The notes under the pieces: model-generated
The model's database searches: none
What the model was told of the DNA's origin: nothing
Seen by the model: the letters and a program-made list of their open reading frames with translations, nothing else
Program-made: the position numbers and the translations under genes
Virus record (IMG/VR): IMGVR_UViG_3300043429_000757
Location: 1,022-65,021 of that record
From: a virus
Lineage: Duplodnaviria; Caudoviricetes
Length of the DNA stretch: 64,000 bases
Reading direction: 5' to 3' (one strand)
Shown: piece by piece, positions 34,477-45,200 of the stretch
How positions within the stretch are numbered: the stretch's first letter is position 1
How the letters are laid out: the number at the start of each line of letters is the position of its first letter

Positions 34477-36329
34477 CGCAACCCATCCGGCTGGATGTCA
34501 ACGCGCATCGTGCCAAAGCGCCAGTTGCCACCCAGTTCGTCGCTCTCAATGCGAAGCTGAATCTGCCTTCCGCGCGCCCGCGTGTCCACCTTTTGCGTCC
34601 CAGGTGCAATGACGTACGGATCGAGTGAGCTGGGGCTGGCACTGGCTTGCGGGTAAGGACGCAGCAAGAGCCTGACTGTCAGGTCGCCGATTTGGTTCTT
34701 AAAGTCAGGGATAAAGCGGCTCATCAAGAGCATCTGGTCTCCGTCACCGATGTCAAAGTAGCCGGAGACGATGTAGGCGCTGATCGGGTCACTGACGGCG
34801 TCGTAGCCGTCTTCCTGGTTGTACAGCCGCGTGCGCCCCGCAGTAAGGCCATAAATGGTCCCGTCGTACGTGGGCGCCTGTGTCCCATCTGGGTCGTAGG
34901 ACGCCGCAACGGGCTTGTCAAACGTGCTCATGTCCGCCCAGGCAGTGCGAGGCATCGAGCCGATCGACCACACGTTCTCCAAGTAGTTGTATGTCACGAA
35001 CCGGTCCACATAGTCGCTCGTGAAAGAGCAGTACCACCAGGTCACCTCGTTGAACTGTGCATTCAAGCCCACGTTGACTTGAAAACCTTGCACCAGGTTG
35101 ATGTCTTTGAAGACGTAGTCCTGCACCGTGCAAGGAATCTTCTTGACGGTACCGTCAAACACGAAGAACGCATCACGGCCCATCCAATAAGCTACGCCAT
35201 TGACGTCAATTGCCGCGTGAGGCGCGATGCATCCGCAGTTTGCACCGAGCTGCTGGAAACCGAAGGTGTACGGCGGCCCAACATACGACTGACCATGCAG
35301 TGAGGTGTCCGTGAAGATCAGAATCTGCCCGCGAGAACGAATCGCCGAGACAATGGTGTTGCCGTCCGTGAGCCGTTGTCCGCCGGCCGTGTTGGTCGCC
35401 GTGGCCACAAAGTCACCGATGTTCTCCTGGCTCGAAAAGCGCACAAACATCGGGTCCTGCGTGCTCGGCGAGCCCAACGTGGTCTCCGTCCCAAAGCACA
35501 CCAGGTGCCGGTCAGGAGTGGACACGAGCGCGTACTTGTTCTTCGTGGGGGCCCCAGCAATGATCGTGGCCCGCGAGCCAAGGCCCCCGCTTGGGTCCCA
35601 CTCGTACACGCCGCCATCCAGCACCTGGGCGATCAAGTTCTCGCCGTAGGTGTCAAACTGCCAGACACGGGGGAAGAGTTCCAAGGCCGCTGACGCAGGG
35701 CGAGGCGTACCCCAGGCATACGTGCCCCAAGAACCAATGCCCCAGCCAAAATCAGAGAAGCCTTTGTCGGGGCCTACGCTGATCTGGTATTCGGCATCCG
35801 CTGTGCCCGCAGTTACCGTCGACGATGCTGCCACTGGAGAGGTGATCTGGTAGGAGTTGGCGGTGATCACCTGGTCAATTTGAAACTGGTTTTGCAGAGA
35901 CGCATCTGGGATTCCGCCGGGGTTTCCAGTGACGTTAGAGAAGACCACAAAGTCCCCCTCCAAAGCACCGTGAGCCGGGTCGTTTACTACCACGGTGTTG
36001 CTTCCAGCCGTCGTTGAAAACGTTACGCCAGTGGAGGAGTGGCGGATCGGTGTGATATCCGCCCAAGTGCCGCCGTAGTAAGCGTAGAGCTTGCGGTTCG
36101 TGCCGATTGCAGCATAAGGAGCCCCGGACAACGACGACCACGTGAAAACTTCAGAGGTGGTGCCAACGAAGTACGCTTCGACGTTGTCAAAATTCTTCCA
36201 GCCGCCCAGCTTCTCCGGTAGGCCGTAGCGGAACCGAATGTAGTCGCAATCGACCCAGCCACCCTCCGCACCGTATTCGGTGTTCTGCTTGTCTACCCCT
36301 GGCTTGAGAAATAGGCGCAGCAAAGCCAT
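34473..36329 (-). CDS. Tail nozzle / tubular protein B-like
   Basis: RFRYGLPEKLGGW, beta-propeller-like repeats, R.RGRQ, WRFG..R.DIQPDG.R. Confidence 0.75.
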   Translation of the reverse strand: MALLRLFLKPGVDKQNTEYGAEGGWVDCDYIRFRYGLPEKLGGWKNFDNVEAYFVGTTSEVFTWSSLSGAPYAAIGTNRKLYAYYGGTWADITPIRHSSTGVTFSTTAGSNTVVVNDPAHGALEGDFVVFSNVTGNPGGIPDASLQNQFQIDQVITANSYQITSPVAASSTVTAGTADAEYQISVGPDKGFSDFGWGIGSWGTYAWGTPRPASAALELFPRVWQFDTYGENLIAQVLDGGVYEWDPSGGLGSRATIIAGAPTKNKYALVSTPDRHLVCFGTETTLGSPSTQDPMFVRFSSQENIGDFVATATNTAGGQRLTDGNTIVSAIRSRGQILIFTDTSLHGQSYVGPPYTFGFQQLGANCGCIAPHAAIDVNGVAYWMGRDAFFVFDGTVKKIPCTVQDYVFKDINLVQGFQVNVGLNAQFNEVTWWYCSFTSDYVDRFVTYNYLENVWSIGSMPRTAWADMSTFDKPVAASYDPDGTQAPTYDGTIYGLTAGRTRLYNQEDGYDAVSDPISAYIVSGYFDIGDGDQMLLMSRFIPDFKNQIGDLTVRLLLRPYPQASASPSSLDPYVIAPGTQKVDTRARGRQIQLRIESDELGGNWRFGTMRVDIQPDGLR

Positions 36330-36331
36330 GA

Positions 36332-36514
36332 TCAGCCCTTCTTTCGTGCAGCCCGCATGTTGTCAACGAGATTTGGGTAGGGTCTGCCGGCGGCTTTGGC
36401 CATTTTCTTGGCAGCGGCCTTCTTGGCCGGCGTCAGTGCCTTGGGCTTGCCCAGGCCTTTCGGCCGCTTTTTGTCCCATACGGGGGTGTTCTTCATGATG
36501 TTCTCCTTGGTCAT
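36332..36514 (-). CDS. Small basic protein
   Basis: Lys-rich; AGRPYPNLVDNM.AAR. Confidence 0.7.
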   Translation of the reverse strand: MTKENIMKNTPVWDKKRPKGLGKPKALTPAKKAAAKKMAKAAGRPYPNLVDNMRAARKKG

Positions 36515-37029
36515 GTGGACAGGAAGAAGGCGCGCTCTTCCTTGCGACGGCGGTCCAGTCCTGCGAGCACTTTACCCCCAGCCTTGTTCCAAAGCAAGAA
36601 AGCGTCCGCCGCTGCCTCCCACTCTTGCCGGTTGGCCTTGATGCGAATCGTGCTGCGCTGTAGGTTGCCCAGCCCTAAGTTGAAGCTAAAAGAGACCAGA
36701 GCGTCAAAGCGGCCTTGATGCCCAGCAGCAGGGGGAACAAGTCGAAGAACACCACGTTCAAAACCTGCGACATCAGTCTCGAAGAGATCATCAATTTCCT
36801 GCTTGGTCCAGACACGGTTGTGCTCCGGTTTGAGTGGGTATTCACTGCGGATCATGGGGATGTCGTCCTTGGTTTTCCCCGGGGGCCGCACCATCGGGAA
36901 CCTGATCTGCTCCTGGTACAGGACGTGGCCGTATCCTATGGTCCACATGTGCGCCGGGCACAGGTACGGGCGGTTTCTGTACCCCTCGTACTTGTGCATC
37001 ATTGCAGCAGCGGCCTTGCTCAGTTTCAC
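36511..37029 (-). CDS. Endolysin, GH24 (T4-like) lysozyme
   Basis: YEG....Y.CPA..WTIGYGH, FDALVSFSFNLG, W.KAGGKVL.GL.RRR..E; GTG start overlapping holin stop. Confidence 0.93.
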   Translation of the reverse strand: MKLSKAAAAMMHKYEGYRNRPYLCPAHMWTIGYGHVLYQEQIRFPMVRPPGKTKDDIPMIRSEYPLKPEHNRVWTKQEIDDLFETDVAGFERGVLRLVPPAAGHQGRFDALVSFSFNLGLGNLQRSTIRIKANRQEWEAAADAFLLWNKAGGKVLAGLDRRRKEERAFFLST

Positions 37030-37529
37030 TTCTTGCTCCACTGGCGAGACCCGAACCAGAAGCCGATGATCCCACCCAGCATGGCCATCTCGTCGCTGGA
37101 AAAGATCAGGCTGCTGTACTTGACCACATCGTCGATGTTGGTGATCAACGTGGGGTGATTCCACAGATACAACGCCATGAAGGCATTGATCAGCACAAGC
37201 TCAATCACGAAGATGTACGTTACCGTCGGACGAACCGTGCCGACATAGTTGGCAACCCACTGACTGGCCTTCTCTAAAACCCTCTCGTCGTGCTTGAGCG
37301 CAGCCTCAGTCATCTGCGCCTCGGTCTGCATCATGACCTGATCGGTGCGGATTTCTTCAATCTTCTGCTGGGCAGCGTAACCTTGAGCGGCCAAGGCCAA
37401 CTCACGCTCGTTCTGGAGCCGAGCCAGTGCGAGCTCATGCTTCTGGTCAGACTTGTTTTGAAAAAACTCGAGCAGTTTGGGCAAGCCGCTGATCAGCAAG
37501 CCGCCGAGGGTGGAAATCAAAGATAGCAT
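37026..37529 (-). CDS. Putative holin (3TM GTA-holin-like)
   Basis: VRPTVTY, IIGFWFGSR; adjacent to endolysin. Confidence 0.75.
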   Translation of the reverse strand: MLSLISTLGGLLISGLPKLLEFFQNKSDQKHELALARLQNERELALAAQGYAAQQKIEEIRTDQVMMQTEAQMTEAALKHDERVLEKASQWVANYVGTVRPTVTYIFVIELVLINAFMALYLWNHPTLITNIDDVVKYSSLIFSSDEMAMLGGIIGFWFGSRQWSKK

Positions 37530-37942
37530 CAGTTTCTCCCGGTTGTAATCACATCGTCGCCCTTGCGGACGGTCACTTTGCTGCCCTCAACCTCAACCTG
37601 CATGGGCGGCTCTTTTCGGTCTAAACGGTCGAGCTTGTCGATCAACTGTCGCATGACTTCAAACTCAGGCTTCTCCTGCTTCGGGTTGGCCCCAGCAATG
37701 CCGTTGAGCATGGAGATCAGCGCCGTCAAAGCGGCAGACACCAGCCCGATCACAGCAGCGATTTTGGATTCCTCCAACATCAGGCTGGCACCTACGCCAA
37801 CCACAACAATGGCTGTGATGTACGCCAGCCCATGCTTGCCGATGGCCTTGCCTGCCACCTCCTTGGCAGGAGACGCCGCCTCCAAGCGGTCCAACTCCGC
37901 CCTGGCCTGGGCCTTAAGTAGGGCAATCTCAGGGTCGTTCAT
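37529..37942 (-). CDS. Two-TM membrane protein of lysis cassette
   Basis: Two hydrophobic helices. Confidence 0.7.
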   Translation of the reverse strand: MNDPEIALLKAQARAELDRLEAASPAKEVAGKAIGKHGLAYITAIVVVGVGASLMLEESKIAAVIGLVSAALTALISMLNGIAGANPKQEKPEFEVMRQLIDKLDRLDRKEPPMQVEVEGSKVTVRKGDDVITTGRN

Positions 37943-37950
37943 GGCGCACC

Positions 37951-38685
37951 TCAGAAGAACTGCATGAAAGCAGCGTTATTGTTAGAAACAGGGAAAATCC
38001 AACCGGAGTTGTTGCCAAGGTTAGTGTTTGTACCGTTTGATGCATTCCACGTCGCACCCCCGGTAGCATTGTTGTCTCGGATAGAGACGTTGCTTACAGT
38101 GACAGTGCCACTTGATTTGTAAAGCACCCCCTGGACCCCAGGAGTCGTCGAGTTTATGGTGGTCGGATAAAGCCCTGTTGCGGTAAATCCCGTCACAAAA
38201 GTAATGACTCCCGCGCCAATGCTCAGAGTGCCTTGAGAAAGCGTCACATTTTTAAAACTACACTGATCGCTAATGACTACAGCCCCTCCCCCAGTAGCAA
38301 TGATCTCAAGGTCGTTATTGCCTATCAGCTTTAAGTCCCCAGTGATCGTGCCCGTAGCAGCATTGGGGGTAAACGTAAGCCCCGCGTTATAGTTAAACGC
38401 CATCCCCGGAGCGTTAAACGTAAGGTCTCTGGATATTGAAATGTAGCCGCTTGACGTAGAAGAAGAAAAAGTGCCCGTAAATCCAGTGAATGTGATACTC
38501 CTGGCATAACGTACGGCAGTAGTGTCTACGATGCACAACGCACTTCCAGAGTTCGCATCGAAAAAGACATCGTCAGATGCGGTAGGTACGGATTGCCCTC
38601 CCGTGCCCCCGGATGTCGCGGCCCACTTTGTGCCCGCTGTGCCGTTCCAAGAGGCATTGCCGCCTACCCAGTACCTGCTTGCCAT
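37951..38685 (-). CDS. Beta-helical tail/adhesin-like protein
   Basis: RYWVGG...W..TSGG.GG.SVP...DDVFFD...GNNSGWIF. Confidence 0.75.
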   Translation of the reverse strand: MASRYWVGGNASWNGTAGTKWAATSGGTGGQSVPTASDDVFFDANSGSALCIVDTTAVRYARSITFTGFTGTFSSSTSSGYISISRDLTFNAPGMAFNYNAGLTFTPNAATGTITGDLKLIGNNDLEIIATGGGAVVISDQCSFKNVTLSQGTLSIGAGVITFVTGFTATGLYPTTINSTTPGVQGVLYKSSGTVTVSNVSIRDNNATGGATWNASNGTNTNLGNNSGWIFPVSNNNAAFMQFF

Positions 38686-38687
38686 GA

Positions 38688-40835
38688 TTACGCCTGCGTG
38701 GTTACGGCGACAACATCCCAGACCCCGTCCGGCGCGTTGTAGACGCAGCCGACGTACGTTATCTTTGAGGCCGTTGTAGTCGAAGGCAGCGTGGTGCCTA
38801 TTACGCGGTAGCTGGCACTCCAGCTTAGCGTCCGAGACACGCCGTTGTCCTTGATCCGAAGCAGCATCTTCTGCCCGTCACCAGGCGTGCCGCTTGGCGC
38901 GTTGATCGTGGCGTTTGTTGCCAGTGCGTTAATGCAGTACTGGTTTCCAGAGTCCGCTGTCGGCGTAATTGTGGCCGCGCTGGAAATGGAGACAATCCCC
39001 GTTATCAGTCTCCCGCCAATCAGCTCCAGGCTACCGTTGAACGTGGCATTTGCCGAGTTCCAATAGGCCCTCGGGTTGCCGTCGCCATCAGACAGCACGA
39101 TGTAGTTGCTGGCGGTGCGGATGTCGAGGCCGCCTTGGTTTCCATTGTAGGAACCGAGGATGGTGTTTTTTGCCCCAGTAGTTATGGTGTCACCAGAGCT
39201 GTACCCGACAAATGTGTTGTATGTGCCGGTAGTTATATTGTACGCGGCATAGTTGCCAACAAAAACGCTGTGTGTAACAGTCTTAGCAAATGATTGATTA
39301 CCTGCCGCTCTGTACCCGATAGCCACATTTCTTGCGGAGTTCCCCCAAAGGAAGAGGTCGCTACAAAGGCTATACGCGCCTACAGTAACATTCTCCCCAA
39401 GACTCATGTAGTCGTACCCGCCAGATAGATAACCAACCGCCACTGACCCCGTACCAGTGTTATCCAATGCCGCATAAGTGCCTACGGCCGTGTTTTGACT
39501 ACCAGACACTAGATTGGACAGAGAGCTCGTTCCGACAGCTACGTTTGAACTGCCTGTGGTTAGGTTGTAGAGGCTCTGCGACCCCACGGCTGCATTGTTA
39601 GCGCCTGATGACACAAACCTTAAAGAAAACGCTCCGATTGCGACGCTGCCGGCCCCGGTATTGCTTGCTGGGGTAGCAGAGCCATACATCGCGGAAATGC
39701 CAACTGCGACGTTATTTCCGGCGCGCATGTTGTACATTGCATTAAACCCAACCGCGGTGGACTGAGACGAGGTTGTGTTTGAGAAAAGGGCGTCTTTTCC
39801 TAAGGCGGTGTTGTTGTTTCCAGTTGTGTTTGAGCTTAGCCCCCCACCGCCCACGGCCGTGTTGCTGCTTACAGCCCCCGCGCCCAGGCCTACCTCAACC
39901 CCGCTGACACCAAGCTTGGCCCCGTCAAACGTGAGGTTTGCAGACTGCGCTACGGCACTCGAAGAGGATGCGTAGAACACTCGGCCGGATGTGAACGATG
40001 AAAGGCCCGTGCCGCCGTTGGCAGTCGGCAGTGTCCCGGACACATCAGTGGTCAGTGCCACTTGAGCCAACGTGGAATTCGTGCCGTCGGAGCGCAGCAC
40101 CCGGTTGGCTGTCTGCGTGCCGACCAGGGCATTGATCGCGGCCTGCTGTGTCGTCTGGCCAGTTCCGCCGTTGGCGATCGCGACCGTTCCCGTGACGTTT
40201 GAGGCCGTGCCGGTTGTGTTTTGGTTGAGAGTCGGGACGTCCGCAACCTGGATCGCGGACATTGACACGTTTGTGCCGTTCCCGCGCAAGTATTGACCCG
40301 AGGTCACCGCCCCTGCCAAAGCATTGATCGCAGCCTGCTGCGTCGTCTGGCCAGTTCCACCGTTGGCAATGGCCACGGTACCTGTTACGTTGCCGGCTTC
40401 GACGCTGTAAAAGCTCGTGCCGTCCGTGAAGATCATTACCTTGTCGCCAGGGGCAATGACAACCGACTGCGCGCCTGGCGGCGTGGTGATTGGAGGCCCC
40501 AAGGACAGCCAGTTGTAGACGGTTGCTGGATATGCGGTGTCGTTCCAAATGACGTACTGCTTGGAGACCGGAGGCGCGTAGACGGTGAACGCCGCGGTGG
40601 TAGTGGTCGTAAACCGCAAAATGGCATACACCGCCTGGTTCGCGGACCCGGTCGCCGTAGGCCCGTTGAACGTGGTCAATGCCTGGTCAGCAGAAGTGAC
40701 TGACACCGTCTGGTAGCCGGCAATGGCTCGGTCAAAGACGTAGGCGAAGTTGTTGTTGGTGATCGTGCCCCATGTATTGGCCTCTGTGCCAGGGGTGATC
40801 AGCTCAACTCGAAGGCTCTGCGAATAGGTGCTCAT
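38688..40835 (-). CDS. Tail fibre / spike protein 2
   Basis: WG.ITN.N anchor; 2x TGTVAIANGGTGQTTQQAAINAL; about 14-aa N-x-A-V-G repeats. Confidence 0.85.
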   Translation of the reverse strand: MSTYSQSLRVELITPGTEANTWGTITNNNFAYVFDRAIAGYQTVSVTSADQALTTFNGPTATGSANQAVYAILRFTTTTTAAFTVYAPPVSKQYVIWNDTAYPATVYNWLSLGPPITTPPGAQSVVIAPGDKVMIFTDGTSFYSVEAGNVTGTVAIANGGTGQTTQQAAINALAGAVTSGQYLRGNGTNVSMSAIQVADVPTLNQNTTGTASNVTGTVAIANGGTGQTTQQAAINALVGTQTANRVLRSDGTNSTLAQVALTTDVSGTLPTANGGTGLSSFTSGRVFYASSSSAVAQSANLTFDGAKLGVSGVEVGLGAGAVSSNTAVGGGGLSSNTTGNNNTALGKDALFSNTTSSQSTAVGFNAMYNMRAGNNVAVGISAMYGSATPASNTGAGSVAIGAFSLRFVSSGANNAAVGSQSLYNLTTGSSNVAVGTSSLSNLVSGSQNTAVGTYAALDNTGTGSVAVGYLSGGYDYMSLGENVTVGAYSLCSDLFLWGNSARNVAIGYRAAGNQSFAKTVTHSVFVGNYAAYNITTGTYNTFVGYSSGDTITTGAKNTILGSYNGNQGGLDIRTASNYIVLSDGDGNPRAYWNSANATFNGSLELIGGRLITGIVSISSAATITPTADSGNQYCINALATNATINAPSGTPGDGQKMLLRIKDNGVSRTLSWSASYRVIGTTLPSTTTASKITYVGCVYNAPDGVWDVVAVTTQA

Positions 40836-40874
40836 GTCGGTTCCTCAACAACTGTCTGAATTTTGCCACCTTGG

Positions 40875-41777
40875 TCATTGGCTGTCATCCACGATGACCC
40901 AGCCGCCGGGGGAAGTTCCACTCACAATAGACCAGCCGGCGGCCTGGGAGTCATTCACAGGGCCCCACGAAGGCGTTTGTGCATCAGGCACCTTGATCCA
41001 CCCTGTGACAATGAACCCCTCCGCCAACGACGCGTTTTCGACCTGCGAAAAAAGGAAAGCGGACGTCACCGCACGTAGATCGGTTACCTGCGTGCCCTCC
41101 GTCAGTGAGAAGAAGAACCCCTGCGAGATGTCAATCAGCTCGGCCGACGCCAGGGCCTCCTGTATGGACTCAACAATCACCTGAATAATTGTTGCGGGGT
41201 CTTCGACCGTGACGTTTTCTGAGAACTGGACATCGAACTGCGCGGAAATGCCTGCCTGATCCCCAATGACAACGTCTTCGAGAACGGCCAGATTGAATTG
41301 CGCCGTGATCGCATTGATGTCGGCCAGGTCCAGGGCCTCAACCCGCGACATCAAAAACGCTGATTGTTGGGTGCTGGAGTCCTCTACTGCCGAGACACTC
41401 TCCGTAAGACTCTGAAGAAACTCAGAGTACACGTTCTGAGCATCAGACACCGAGATGTCCTCGGTTCGAGACGAGGCAAACTGAGCAGAGATGCTTGAGG
41501 CATCGTCCGAGGAGGACCCCTCCGTAATGGCCTGCAGGAACGCCGCCAGTTGAAGACTGGAGTCGTCTAGAGACAGGGTTTCGATCACCGACCCAAAGAA
41601 AACGCCGGCGGTCGAATCGACGTCATCTACCGTGATCGACTCAATGGGCCCAAAAAGAAAAGAGGACTGTTGAGTGCTCGCGTCTTGAGCCTCAACAGCC
41701 TCGGCCAGTGACAGGGCGTAGTTGGTTCCCCCGAGCGATGCGAACGGGGGTTCAGCGAATGCAGCTACGCCGAACAC
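40875..41777 (-). CDS. Acidic repetitive virion (fibre/whisker-like) protein
   Basis: MFG..AFAE.PFASL N-terminus; about 21-aa F...E...D repeats; W-spaced C-terminal repeats. Confidence 0.7.
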   Translation of the reverse strand: MFGVAAFAEPPFASLGGTNYALSLAEAVEAQDASTQQSSFLFGPIESITVDDVDSTAGVFFGSVIETLSLDDSSLQLAAFLQAITEGSSSDDASSISAQFASSRTEDISVSDAQNVYSEFLQSLTESVSAVEDSSTQQSAFLMSRVEALDLADINAITAQFNLAVLEDVVIGDQAGISAQFDVQFSENVTVEDPATIIQVIVESIQEALASAELIDISQGFFFSLTEGTQVTDLRAVTSAFLFSQVENASLAEGFIVTGWIKVPDAQTPSWGPVNDSQAAGWSIVSGTSPGGWVIVDDSQ

Positions 41778-41788
41778 GGCTCATGGCC

Positions 41789-41968
41789 TCACTGAACCTG
41801 CTCGGCCTGTGGTACTTCCGGCATGGGCAGTTGAGGCATCGCTTGCTCACGAATGCCTTGAATCAGGTCCGCGACCTGCTCAAACGGCTGCTTGCCCAGC
41901 AAGCCCACGATGTAGTTCACGGCAGGCAGGGGAAGCTTGAGTTCGATAGTGACAGTTTTTTCGTCCAT
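41789..41968 (-). CDS. Small fibre-associated protein
   Basis: LG.QPF.QVA.LI..I..QA motif. Confidence 0.7.
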   Translation of the reverse strand: MDEKTVTIELKLPLPAVNYIVGLLGKQPFEQVADLIQGIREQAMPQLPMPEVPQAEQVQ

Positions 41969-41980
41969 GTGTTTCTCCAA

Positions 41981-42259
41981 TTACTTGTGCGTGCTAATTG
42001 CTTGCTGAAAAGGGGCCAGATCGTATCCATCCAACCACGGCTGATTGAGCATGATTTCCAGGTGCTCAACGTTGCGTTTGATGCAATCAGGCCAATCCGA
42101 TTCTGACATATACGTGGGCTTGCCAGCAAGCAGCAAGCGTACCGAATCCATCGCTGCGTCGTAATGCCGAGCAATTTCCTCCGCTGACGGCGTAGGCATC
42201 GCCAGATTAATGGGCTGTCCCTCTTCAGTGGGCGCAATGGGCGTCATAGGTTCTGTCAT
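41981..42259 (-). CDS. Putative tail-fibre assembly chaperone
   Basis: EEIA.HY.AAMDSV.L...RNVEHL.IM; directly after fibre. Confidence 0.65.
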   Translation of the reverse strand: MTEPMTPIAPTEEGQPINLAMPTPSAEEIARHYDAAMDSVRLLLAGKPTYMSESDWPDCIKRNVEHLEIMLNQPWLDGYDLAPFQQAISTHK

Positions 42260-42260
42260 T

Positions 42261-45200
42261 TCATGCTCCTTTAAGTTGTGCAATTTCTTGCTGAAGTTGT
42301 TTTACCTGTGCGGTCAGGGCCTTGATGGCGGAAACTAGGTACGGATCAAGGTTACGCTGAATGCCGTAGATTTCATCCTCGCCAACAAGCTCTTTTTCTT
42401 CCTCTGAAGCGGCATGTTTGCTGACCTGTGACGGCAGCACCCGCATGTAATCCTGCGCTTTAAAACCAACATCATGATTCCCGGTTAGGATGTAATCAAA
42501 CTCAAATGGCTCCAGCGCATTGATGACCTCAAGGCCGTTTTCGACGGCGATGAAGTTTTGCTTGATGCGAGCATCAGAGGTAGTAGACCAAGTGGTTAAG
42601 TTGTTGCCTTGGTACACACCCCCGCCGTTGGGGTTGATAAAGCCAGTATTCGCGCCCTTGCCGGTAGAGTCGTAACCGATGACATATTCATACGTTACGG
42701 TTGCGGCGCTCGGGTACGCAAAATTTCCAATGTAAATGTTTTGAGCGCCAGTTGTGATGGCGTTTGTGGTTACACTGCCAGATGTGGCGTATCCAGCGCT
42801 ATACCCTATTGCTACATTGTTAGAGGGCGTGGTAACAGCGACCAAGGCTTGATAGCCAATGGCCGTGTTATTACTGCCGGTGGTCAGGTTCTGCAATGCA
42901 GAGGCACCGGTCGCAACGTTGTAGTTGCCACTGGTGATTGACTGCAATGCACGATTTCCAATGCCCGCATTAAACTGCCCACTTGCACCACTTACGAGAC
43001 CCGCTGCAAACCGCCCAACATAGGTATTGAATCCGCCAGATGAATGGTTGTAACCCGCACGATACCCAAAACATGAATTGCCTGCGGCAGTGTTGAGGTA
43101 AGCAGCCTGATAGCCAACAGCAGTATTATCGCTGCTGGCTGTATTAGAGTTTAAAGCCTGATAACCAATAGCTACATTGCTTGATCCGGAAGTATTGTAT
43201 TGCAGGGCAAATGACCCCAATGCCGAGTTATAGTTTCCGCTCGTAATGTTGTAAAGAGTTTGAAACCCTATTGCTTCGTTGTAAGCACCAGTATTGTTGG
43301 CTGGGGTAGCGGAACCATACATAGCGTCTTTCCCAAGCGCCGTGTTAGCTCCACCCCGCATGTTGTACATCGTGCCTCGACCAACAGCAGTCTGACTGCC
43401 GGCTGTGGTGTTGTTTCTGAGTGCGTCGGCTCCTACTGCTACGTTACTCTGCCCAGTGGTGTTACTTAGCAGGGCATACGCGCCAACGGCCGTCAGGTAC
43501 GTGGTGTTGGTTGCGTTTCCTAGTGCCTCCACCCCAACTGCGACGTTATATCCGTTACTGGTGGAGCTGGCGTCAAGTGCATACGTGCCTATGGCGACGT
43601 TGTAAGAGGCGCTATTGCCTGAGTTATACCCGGCGTTCTTGCCCACATAGACATTCCCGATGTTGCTAGAGCCGTAGGCATTCCATCCGGCGTATTCTCC
43701 GACAAACGTGTTGGCGTATCCGCTATTAAGGTTGTTTCCCGCATTAAACCCAACAGCAGTGTTGCTAGACCCTGAGTTTAAGTAATAGCCAGCTTGACCC
43801 CCAACGACAGTGTTATAGCTCCCCGTCTTTGAGTAAAAACTGTAGCCTGCGGCGTTATACCCAATGAACACTGACTCAGTGTGATTGCTGCTGTATCCAC
43901 TGGCACTGTAAAGCGCATTAACTCCTATTGCTACAGTGTTGCTGCCTGAAAAGTTATAAGACGAGGAGTTCCCAATTGCAATGTTGCCGTTGCCGCCGCC
44001 GCCGTTGCGAAGGGCATTTGGTGCAATTGCGACGTTGTTGTTGCCAGTACTAATACTGTATCCCGCCTCGACGCCAACTGCAACATTGGTGGCCCCGCTT
44101 GACACGTTGTAAAGAGAATTTAGGCCAATTGCAACATTGGCGTACCCGGTGTTACTTGCAGGAGTTCCAGAACCCCGCATCGACGCAGAGCCGACAGCAG
44201 TGTTATTGCTGCCCGTCATGTTAAGCATGGCTTGATAGCCAACAGCGGTGCTATCCCCCGTTGTCGTATTGTTGTATAACGACTGATAACCAACAGCAGT
44301 GTTGTTAGAGGCTGTGGTGTTGGAATACAGCGCAAGAGAACCAAGCGCAGAGTTATAGTTGCCAGTTGTGTTGGAATAGAGGGACTGATACCCTAAAGCG
44401 GCTGCATAAGTTCCCCCGTCTATGTTGTATAACGAGTACGCTCCTATGGCAGTACTATTATACATAGTAGACGCAGTACCGCCACTGCCATACGCCGCGT
44501 AGTACCCTATAGCAACATTATTCCCGCCACTATTTAAATTGTAGAGGCTATAGGCCCCAACCGATGTGTTAGACACTCCATAAATATTGCCGTATTGGGA
44601 AAGCCTCCCGACGGCAGTGTTACCAGAGTAAAGGTTGTACCGAAGAGCCCCTGCTCCAACCCCGGTGTTGTCTGTGCCCCCAGAAGAAATAGAAAGAACG
44701 CTCGAACCAATAGCCGTGTTAGAGGCATCGGCCCCACTCCCTCGGCCTACGGTAATGCCATAGACTGTTAAATCTGACCCGGAGTAAAGCAGATTTGCCG
44801 AGGTGGTCGTATTGCCACTGCCATCGCTATATACAACCCTGTTGGCCGAAAGCCCGGTCAGTGAGCCGGCAGACGTAGCTGTGGCGGCGTTGCCAGTGAT
44901 GCTGATGCCCCAAGTACCGCTGGCGTTCGTGCCTGTGGTGCTGGGAGCGCCTACGGTGTTGTAGCTTACCGTCAGCGCACTGGAACCGTTGAAGGTAGAG
45001 CCCGACGCGCCGCCTGCACCACCGTCGTTGAACGTGACGGCGTTGGCCACAGAAGCAGCTTGCCCCGTGGTATTGCCGGTGCCGCCCGCCAATACGGGCA
45101 ATGTGCCAGCAGTTAAAGTCGTTGCTCCAGTCGAGTACAGCGCATTGTTGGCTCCGACAAACGTTGTCAGCCCCGTGCCGCCGTAGGCAGGCTGGATCGT

